Source: an uncultured Chitinophagales bacterium (GTDB taxonomy: Bacteria > Bacteroidota > Bacteroidia > Chitinophagales > S012-47). Taken from it: 64,000 nt of DNA. Position 1 is the first letter of the stretch. Each line of letters starts with the position of its first letter. Location: positions 35,394 through 99,393 of the forward strand of contig CAYPSW010000005.1 of assembly GCA_964413685.1 (NCBI GenBank). Direction: 5' to 3'. This document shows, in pieces, positions 56,903 through 64,000 of the stretch. Below the pieces are notes generated by a model. That model ran no database searches and was not told the DNA's origin. It saw only the letters and a list, made by a program, of their open reading frames with translations. The position numbers and the translations under genes were made by a program.

Positions 56903-57805
56903 CTACCGGGTGATAAACTGGTAAACCGTATCCAGATAATTTTCCAGACCCATTGTTTCAGGAACGCCATGATGTCCGTGGTAGGCTCCGGGAATCCGGT
57001 GTGCTTCTTTATAAATTCCCTGGTAGTTTTTATAAACCAGCTCTCCGTTACTGATTTTCACATAATCATCCTTTTCCCCATGAAACCAGCAAAAAGCTTG
57101 TTGCACTTGTTTAATCTTTTCTGCATTATTGAATTTTAATGTGACTACAAATGATCCGGATACATTAATAATAGCGGATTCTTCAGTCAGGTTATCCACG
57201 CTGGCTAAAGGTGATTCCAGGATCAGTTTGCTTGGTTTGAATGCAGTATAATCAGCAACCGTATTAATTGCCGGGATACATCCCAGGCTGAAGCCATACA
57301 TTATTACATTTGCAGGATCTGAAGCGTGGGCTTTTAACCAATCAAGGCCTGCTTCTACATCATAGCTAAGTCCGGCTTCTGTGGGTGTCCCTTCCGATAA
57401 TCCGTATCCGCGATAATCCATCATGATCACCCCATAATGATTTTTCCCTCCGGTACTTGCCAGTAATTTAGCCCGTGTCCAATAGTAATCCATATGATTA
57501 GACTGGCCATGACAATAAACAATAATACTATCTGTTGCTATGTTGCTGGTATCACCAATGTAAACAGCATAAATTTTCGTAGGGCTGGTCTCATCAGGTC
57601 CTTGCGATGATAAGGTAATCAGGTTTATCATATTTTGCGGAACATCATAACTGGCAGGCAATACCAATTCACTGTCTCCGGTATAGCTATCAAAAAGATA
57701 AGTTGTTATACTATTATCGCGGGGAAAGGCCAGATCATCAAGTTGCAAACAGGAGCCTAAAAAAACACTTAATAATGTGAACAGAGATATTGTGAGTTTA
57801 CGCAT
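56903..57805 (-). CDS. Lipoprotein alpha/beta hydrolase
   Basis: Lipobox LGSC; YCHG oxyanion region, DYRGYG, GFSLG nucleophile elbow, HGEKDD and GAYH. Confidence 0.88.
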   Translation of the reverse strand: MRKLTISLFTLLSVFLGSCLQLDDLAFPRDNSITTYLFDSYTGDSELVLPASYDVPQNMINLITLSSQGPDETSPTKIYAVYIGDTSNIATDSIIVYCHGQSNHMDYYWTRAKLLASTGGKNHYGVIMMDYRGYGLSEGTPTEAGLSYDVEAGLDWLKAHASDPANVIMYGFSLGCIPAINTVADYTAFKPSKLILESPLASVDNLTEESAIINVSGSFVVTLKFNNAEKIKQVQQAFCWFHGEKDDYVKISNGELVYKNYQGIYKEAHRIPGAYHGHHGVPETMGLENYLDTVYQFITR

Positions 57806-57807
57806 GA

Positions 57808-58470
57808 TTAAAAGGTTTTAATAATGCTGAAATAAATTCCGGTAGCTCCGGTGCTTCCGGTGAGGCTTTTCCAGGGAATAAAAACATTTTCATGTGAACG
57901 ACCGGGAGCCAATAATTTAAGTTCAAGATTATACTGCATCGATTTGTGCTTGAAGGTATGACCAAAATGAGGATTAAACAGCCAATGTCCTATTTGAGGC
58001 TGATCTCCAGATCGGGTTTTTCTTAGCTCAAACCAATTCGAACATCCGGTATAAAAAAAGTTATTTCCTTTTCCATAAGTCCATGAAAAATTTACATCTG
58101 CCTCGGGCCAGAATCGTACAACCGGATCATTCATGTCTATAACAAGGTTGCCTGCCAGGACAGCTGAAATATAAGGAATGTATTTTTTTTGATCGTAAAT
58201 TTTATAAACGGCTCCAAAATCAGTTTGAATATTGTAAAATGCAAGACTGGTTGGGTGAATACTCCCGAACAGAGTCAAATTATCTTTCAGTCCATAACCA
58301 TAGCTAAGGGTGCTTAATGGTAGCGGAATTTTCGATCCTGAAAATTCAATGATAGGGCCTCCAACACTCAAACCCAAAGCTTGCTGCCCTTTATCTAATG
58401 TTCTTACATAGCGCGTTGGAGCACAAGCCATGGCCAAAGTAATGAAGCCAATAATCCAGTAGTTTTTCAT
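57808..58470 (-). CDS. Uncharacterised beta-rich lipoprotein
   Basis: Lipobox AMAC, then APTRYVRTLDKGQ and amphipathic strands ending GIYFSIIKTF. Confidence 0.78.
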   Translation of the reverse strand: MKNYWIIGFITLAMACAPTRYVRTLDKGQQALGLSVGGPIIEFSGSKIPLPLSTLSYGYGLKDNLTLFGSIHPTSLAFYNIQTDFGAVYKIYDQKKYIPYISAVLAGNLVIDMNDPVVRFWPEADVNFSWTYGKGNNFFYTGCSNWFELRKTRSGDQPQIGHWLFNPHFGHTFKHKSMQYNLELKLLAPGRSHENVFIPWKSLTGSTGATGIYFSIIKTF

Positions 58471-58847
58471 GAAAAATATTTTAATAGTGCTGCTATTTCA
58501 GCTCTAAAGTAGAAATTTTTCGCTTTAATTCCTCAAGCTGTTTGCAAGCTCTTATTTTGTAATCACATAAAAAATAAAGGCCGGCCAAAATCATTATCCA
58601 CACAAAACCCCATTTTTTCTGAACCGGCCTTTTTAGAATACTTAATTATTACTAAATCTTCAAATATGCTTAAAGTCGAAATTAGATTTTTTGATTTTGC
58701 CAAAAATATTGGTTTACCCTGACGGCAAGGTTTCGAGTTGCAGATTTTAGGTATCTTTTAATTAAGTTGCTATATTTTGGGGATTCTAATTCTTCTTCGC
58801 ATTTTCAATGCGATCAATTATTAACTTTGTTGCCTTAAATAATTTCT

Positions 58848-59861
58848 ATGAATCCTGTTCGATTTGCAGTACTTGGTTTTGGCCATATCGGAAAGCGTCA
58901 TGCAACGATGATACAAAACAATCCTTCCAGTGAGTTGCTTGCTGTAGTGGATATCAATCCGGAACTGGAAACCATTGCAAGTAAGCAATTCAAGGTTCCA
59001 TTTTTTAATTCCGTGGAAGCACTGCTTAAGTCCGGGATCGAATTTGACGTATTGAATGTTTGCACCCCTAATGGATGGCATACCCGTCATTCCCTTGCCG
59101 GACTAAAACATGGTTTGCATGTAGTTTGTGAAAAACCGATGGGACTGAAAAAGGAAGATTGCGAAGCCGTTATATCTGAAGCTTTAAATCATTCAAGAAA
59201 AGTGTTCATCGTTATGCAGAACCGATTCAGTCCTCCGTCTATCTGGCTAAAAGATCTTTTGAATCAGAATAAACTCGGAAAAATATACATGGCTCAGGTA
59301 AACTGTTATTGGAACAGAGGCGATGATTATTACGCAAAGAGCCCATGGAAAGGGACTCTTGATCTGGATGGTGGGCCGCTTTTTACACAGTTTAGTCATT
59401 TCATCGACATTATGTTTTGGCTCTTGGGTGATATTAAAAATATTCATGCCCGCTTCGATAACTTCAATCATAAGCATAACACGGAGTTTGAAGATTCCGG
59501 CCATGTGACTTTCGATTTTGTAAAAGAGGGGATGGGCGAAATCAATTACTCAACATCGGTATGGGGGCAAAATTTTGAGAGTTCAATCACTTTGATTGGT
59601 GAAAAGGGTACGGTGAAGGTCGGGGGGCAGTATATGGGGCAAATCGATTATTGCAACATTGATCATTACAAACAACCTGAATTACAACCTGCCAGCCCAC
59701 CAAATGATTATGGAACCTATAAAGGTAGTGCGGCCAATCATCATTTTATTATTGAAAACGTCATAGAGACTTTGAAAGGAAATTCGAGAGCGACAACCAA
59801 TGCGCTCGAAGGATTAAAAGTGGTGGATATGATTGAGCGTATTTATGCGAAAAGAAAATGA
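58848..59861 (+). CDS. Gfo/Idh/MocA oxidoreductase (WbpB/GnnA-like)
   Basis: GFGHIG, CTPNGWH, CEKPM, WNRGDDYY and DGGPLFTQFSHFID motifs; TAACTTTG -7 motif just upstream. Confidence 0.9.
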   Translation: MNPVRFAVLGFGHIGKRHATMIQNNPSSELLAVVDINPELETIASKQFKVPFFNSVEALLKSGIEFDVLNVCTPNGWHTRHSLAGLKHGLHVVCEKPMGLKKEDCEAVISEALNHSRKVFIVMQNRFSPPSIWLKDLLNQNKLGKIYMAQVNCYWNRGDDYYAKSPWKGTLDLDGGPLFTQFSHFIDIMFWLLGDIKNIHARFDNFNHKHNTEFEDSGHVTFDFVKEGMGEINYSTSVWGQNFESSITLIGEKGTVKVGGQYMGQIDYCNIDHYKQPELQPASPPNDYGTYKGSAANHHFIIENVIETLKGNSRATTNALEGLKVVDMIERIYAKRK

Positions 59862-59870
59862 TCGGGAACT

Positions 59871-60998
59871 ATGGCGCACGTTCTTTTTATCTCTGATGAA
59901 TATCCTTCTTATTATTGTGAAAATGGAAAAACGGTTCGGGAATTGGCTCAGGGTGTAGCTTCAGCCGGGCATCAAATAGGTGTCATTGCGCCTCACATAA
60001 ACAAGTTAAAATCAATTAAAAGTATTCGTTTGCTCAGGCAGCTTGGTCGTGCAAATAATCGCATGGATGAAATGCTTCCTGTTTATAGCTCAGAAGGTCT
60101 TAGTTTTCTTCCCGGAAAAAAAATTGAACTCTTTTTATTTAAACGGTATCTCAATTTCTTATTGAACAAGTATATTGTATTCCATGGAAAACCCGATGTC
60201 GTTCATATACATCATAAAAACCTCTCCTTACATGCCGCTAAGAATTTGTGCAATTTATATCAACTTCCATTTATTATCAGTGTTTATCCTGATGAAACTA
60301 CGATAGAGCTCTCGTTGGGCAGAACAGAAATTAATCCCGACATAACAATTGTACCACACCCTGTTTTTCTTACTAATCAATTATCTAATTCTACAGTACT
60401 TTTTTCTCCGGTTAATTTGAAATACAGCTATGATCCTGCCTGGACTATTTCAAGTAAATTAATTTATCTCTGCGGAAATAATATCTCTGATAATTTATGC
60501 TCCAGTCTCGAGATAGTGATGATTCGATTTCCTGAATTGCAAATTGTTGTTGACACGCCTGAATTGAAAAATACTATATGTAGCAAATTTAGTTGGGAAA
60601 AATTAGCTGAACGTATTACTTTCTTTTCTGAAACGGTTGAAATTCTGTATATGGCTAATTTGGTGATTTGTTTGGTGCCTAAATTCGGGGATTTAATCCA
60701 ATTAAAGCAAGCTTTGATTGCCGGAAAACCTGTGTTGACTTATGACAATGTCTGGACAAGACCATTGATTAATAAAGATAACGGAAGATTATTCAATCTG
60801 CATGAACCTGAAAGTCTTGCCAAAGGGGTAGCAGAAATTACACGTAATACGGGATCTTTCAATTTTTCGCTTATTTCGCAAAATGCATTACATTTATTCG
60901 GAGAAATCGAGGTGATTAATTTATTACTTTCGAAATACAGGTACGTTGTTAATCACCAAAGAACAAGCGTTAAAGTAGTACAAAAATCTAAACTATGA
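59871..60998 (+). CDS. GT4/GT-B-fold glycosyltransferase-like protein with a divergent C-terminal domain
   Basis: N-terminal VLFISDEYP...ELAQGVASAGHQIGVI and KPDVVHIH; C-terminal AGKPVL...DNGRLF. Confidence 0.7.
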   Translation: MAHVLFISDEYPSYYCENGKTVRELAQGVASAGHQIGVIAPHINKLKSIKSIRLLRQLGRANNRMDEMLPVYSSEGLSFLPGKKIELFLFKRYLNFLLNKYIVFHGKPDVVHIHHKNLSLHAAKNLCNLYQLPFIISVYPDETTIELSLGRTEINPDITIVPHPVFLTNQLSNSTVLFSPVNLKYSYDPAWTISSKLIYLCGNNISDNLCSSLEIVMIRFPELQIVVDTPELKNTICSKFSWEKLAERITFFSETVEILYMANLVICLVPKFGDLIQLKQALIAGKPVLTYDNVWTRPLINKDNGRLFNLHEPESLAKGVAEITRNTGSFNFSLISQNALHLFGEIEVINLLLSKYRYVVNHQRTSVKVVQKSKL

Positions 60999-63391
60999 AA
61001 AGAATATTATACTCTCTGCTTATCTTGTTATTTGCATATACGGCTCAAGGTCAGAAAATTGTACAAACCATCCGGGGCAAGGTTATTGAATCTGACTCAA
61101 GGCTTCCCTTACCGGGAGCTACTGTAGCGGTTTATTTAGATTCGAACCTCATCGATGGAACGGCTACTGATCAGGATGGCCGGTTTAGAATTGACGGAAT
61201 TGAAGTTGGCAGATATACGGTCATAGCATCCTTCATGGGCTATGAAACTGAGGTTATACCAGATGTGATTGTTAATTCTGCCCGTCAGGCTATCTTAAAT
61301 CTAGAATTGCAGGAATCTGTTCATCAGGTAGAGGAGATTGTAGTAACTGATCAAGGTAGAAAAGGCGAATCTCTGAATAAATTAGCTTCAATAAGTGCCC
61401 GTGTTTTTTCCATTGATGAAACAGACAGATATGCTGGGAGCAGGGGCGATCCGGCTCGTATGGCCTCAAATTACGCAGGAGTTGTCGGTAACAACGATGC
61501 CAGTAATGATATCATTATCCGTGGTAATTCACCTATGGGGGTTCTCTGGAGAATTGAAGATGTGAATATTCCCAATCCAAATCATTTTGGTGTTGCAGGC
61601 AATACCGGTGGGCCGGTAGGGATACTAAACAATCATGTGTTAACGAATTCGGATTTTTTTACCGGAGCTTTTCCGGCTGAATATGGCAACTCTGTTGCCG
61701 GAGTATTCGACCTCAGCCTCAGGAATGGCAATAACGAGGAACATGAGTTTTCAGGTCAATTAGGCTTTCTGGGGCTCGAATTGAATGGCGAAGGACCGAT
61801 TTCACGCTCTTCGGGAGCCAGTTATCTAGCTGCTTATCGATTCTCTACACTGGCCATGGTGAGTGCCATGGGAGTAAATATCGGAACGGATGCTGTCCCT
61901 CATTATCAGGATTTATCATTCAAAATTAATCTTCCTGTTAATAATCGAACGCATGTTTCTTTATTTGGAATCGGAGGGATGAGTGGGGTAGATATAATTA
62001 AAAGCACACAGGTTTCACCTGACCCTACTGCTGTATATGGAAACCAGGATTCAGATGAACGGTTTCGTTCCAAAATGGGTGTTGTTGGCTTAAATTTCTC
62101 ACACTCCATTGATAATAATACTTTTTATAAAGTAACCTTGAGCACTTCAGTAGAAGAAACAAGTAATTTTATAAACTTGGTTGTCAGACATGTTGCAAAT
62201 AATTTGTTTGTCATCGATTCTATATATCCATCACAAGGCTATCGTTTCAATCAATTTAAGCACGGCCTTTCCTTTATTCTAAACAAAAGGATTAACAATC
62301 GGAATACCATCAATTTTGGTATATACAACGACCTGTATCAATATAATTTCCAGGACAGTATTTTTAATAAAATTCAAAATAGTTTTATTTCACGCCTAAA
62401 TCATCAGGGTTTTGGTTTGCTAGCGCAGCCATATTTTCAATGGCAATATCGGGCAAATGAAGTACTCACATTTAATGCAGGTTTTCATGGTCAATGGTTG
62501 AGTTTGAATAATTCTTTTGCCGTTGAACCACGTGTTGGTATGCGCTGGCAGGCAAGTGAACACGATATCCTGAGTTTTGGTATTGGAAGGCATAGTCAAA
62601 TTTTGCCAACTTACATCTATTTTGCCGGTCAGGAGCTTCCTTCCGGACAGATTGCACAACCAAACCTAAATCTTGGATTTATCAAAAGCGACCATTTTGT
62701 AGTTGGATACGATCATTATTTTAATGGTAATCTGCATGTAAGAATGGAGTCTTATTATCAACATCTCTACAATATTCCAGTCACTGTGGCACCTTCTTCA
62801 TATTCTATCCTGAATGAAGGAGATGAGCTAAACCGTTTCTTCCCCGATAGCTTAAAAAGTACCGGGACCGGCAGAAACTATGGTATTGATTTTACACTTG
62901 AAAAATTCTTTAGTAAAAAATATTTTGCCATGCTCACAGGTTCGGTTTTCGATTCAAAATATATTGCAAGTGATGGTATGCTGTACAACACCGTTTTCAA
63001 TGCAAGATATATCATCAATTTGCTTGGAACCCGTGAATTTAGATGGGGTAAAAAAAATAATACCATTTTTGAAGTTGGTGGCAAAATAACTTATGCCGGT
63101 GGTAAGCGCTACACGCCAATTGATACCGCTGCTTCAAATTTAGTTGGCTACGCTGTTATGATTGATGCCCTCCGCAATACCCGTGCTGTGAATAATTACT
63201 TCAGAGCCGATGTCAGGATTGATTATAAACTGAACACAAAAAACGTGACTCACGAAATCGGGCTCGACCTAGTTAATCTCTTCGGTATCAAAAACGTGTA
63301 CAAAATTCGATATGTGGGTGGTTCAAATCCTTTGCAAGAAGAATATCAAATAGGCTTTTTGCCGATATTCTATTATCGGGTTGAGTTTTAA
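60995..63391 (+). CDS. TonB-dependent receptor with an N-terminal carboxypeptidase-regulatory-like domain
   Basis: Signal peptide, IRGKV...LPGATV...TDQDGRF, plug RYAGSRGDPARMASNYAGV, C-terminal IFYYRVEF. Confidence 0.93.
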   Translation: MKRILYSLLILLFAYTAQGQKIVQTIRGKVIESDSRLPLPGATVAVYLDSNLIDGTATDQDGRFRIDGIEVGRYTVIASFMGYETEVIPDVIVNSARQAILNLELQESVHQVEEIVVTDQGRKGESLNKLASISARVFSIDETDRYAGSRGDPARMASNYAGVVGNNDASNDIIIRGNSPMGVLWRIEDVNIPNPNHFGVAGNTGGPVGILNNHVLTNSDFFTGAFPAEYGNSVAGVFDLSLRNGNNEEHEFSGQLGFLGLELNGEGPISRSSGASYLAAYRFSTLAMVSAMGVNIGTDAVPHYQDLSFKINLPVNNRTHVSLFGIGGMSGVDIIKSTQVSPDPTAVYGNQDSDERFRSKMGVVGLNFSHSIDNNTFYKVTLSTSVEETSNFINLVVRHVANNLFVIDSIYPSQGYRFNQFKHGLSFILNKRINNRNTINFGIYNDLYQYNFQDSIFNKIQNSFISRLNHQGFGLLAQPYFQWQYRANEVLTFNAGFHGQWLSLNNSFAVEPRVGMRWQASEHDILSFGIGRHSQILPTYIYFAGQELPSGQIAQPNLNLGFIKSDHFVVGYDHYFNGNLHVRMESYYQHLYNIPVTVAPSSYSILNEGDELNRFFPDSLKSTGTGRNYGIDFTLEKFFSKKYFAMLTGSVFDSKYIASDGMLYNTVFNARYIINLLGTREFRWGKKNNTIFEVGGKITYAGGKRYTPIDTAASNLVGYAVMIDALRNTRAVNNYFRADVRIDYKLNTKNVTHEIGLDLVNLFGIKNVYKIRYVGGSNPLQEEYQIGFLPIFYYRVEF

Positions 63392-63417
63392 ATGATTTTT
63401 TCTAAAACAGTTCAGGA

Positions 63418-64000
63418 TTGAGAAAATATATACTTTTTAAGCAGACGGCAGGATTCATTCTTATTTCTTTACTCACCCTTCCCTTGAATGCCCAGAAGAT
63501 TGTTCAAACAATACGGGGTACTATAGTTGAATCTGATTCAAGGCTACCCCTTCCGGGTGCTACGGTTGCTGTCTATCGCGATTCTGTTTTGATAAATGGA
63601 AGCATCAGTGATGAAGACGGCCACTTCAGAGTAGATCAAATTGAAGTGGGCCGTTATACGGTCATGGCTACTTATCTGGGGTATTTATCGCAAGTTATTC
63701 CGGATGTGGTAGTTAATTCTTCAAGGCAAACTATCCTGACCTTCAGTTTGCACGAATCGGCTCAGCAACTCGAAGAAGTGCTGGTATCAGGTCAGGGTAG
63801 AAAAGGACAGGCCTTAAATGAATTATCCTCTGTTAGTGCCAGAGTATTTTCGGTTGATGAAACTGATCGTTATGCCGGAAGCAGAGGAGATCCCGCCCGA
63901 ATGGCTTCCAACTATGCAGGTGTGGTTGGTAACAACGATGCCAGCAATGATATTATCATCCGTGGAAACTCTCCGCTTGGATTGTTGTGGCGTTGCGAAG
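63418..64000 (+). CDS. Second, paralogous TonB-dependent receptor (5' part only; runs off the window)
   Basis: Manual translation from TTG 63418: MRKYILFKQTAGFILISLLTLPLNAQKIVQTIRGTIVESDSRLPLPGATV...DETDRYAGSRGDPARMASNYAGVVGNNDASNDIIIRGNSP, open to the window end. Confidence 0.9.
   Translation, partial: MRKYILFKQTAGFILISLLTLPLNAQKIVQTIRGTIVESDSRLPLPGATVAVYRDSVLINGSISDEDGHFRVDQIEVGRYTVMATYLGYLSQVIPDVVVNSSRQTILTFSLHESAQQLEEVLVSGQGRKGQALNELSSVSARVFSVDETDRYAGSRGDPARMASNYAGVVGNNDASNDIIIRGNSPLGLLWRCE

Noticed and set aside
1-64000. CRISPR arrays, IS elements, rRNA, tmRNA, SRP RNA or RNase P RNA
   Set aside because: No regularly spaced repeats, transposase ORFs or diagnostic RNA motifs were seen by eye; an Rfam scan would be needed to exclude divergent ncRNAs

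Overview
Core-chromosome segment of a Bacteroidota bacterium. The evidence is TAnnTTTG -7 promoter motifs, three T9SS C-terminal-domain proteins, TonB-dependent receptors and surE-lpxB synteny. It holds about 60 CDS and two tRNAs (Ala-GGC, Leu-CAA). I found no CRISPR array, IS element, prophage or rRNA. Housekeeping genes include lpxB, surE, xerD, def, ruvX, rplU-rpmA, dxr, rseP, mpl, lipA, tdk, waaA, cysQ and slyD. There is a nine-gene nucleotide-sugar operon (41.9-51.4 kb) and an AT-rich Fnr-like regulator plus three-USP cluster. The most notable oddities are: (1) a 474-aa cytoplasmic wHTH/TPR-like protein divergent from a T9SS substrate whose cargo is only about 80 aa; (2) ribosomal protein L27 with a roughly 120-aa linker plus HhH tail; (3) a WbpA/B/E/D-like (or GnnA/B-like) diamino-sugar gene set split over two loci, with back-to-back palindromic promoters shared with the waaA operon; (4) a 31-bp terminator duplicated as an inverted repeat between two convergent T9SS genes; (5) many apparently leaderless or near-leaderless genes; (6) a 49-aa lipoprotein missing from the ORF track; and (7) a GT4-like protein lacking the EX7E motif, coupled to tandem TonB receptors. 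All family assignments come from recognising motifs by eye. No database searches were run.
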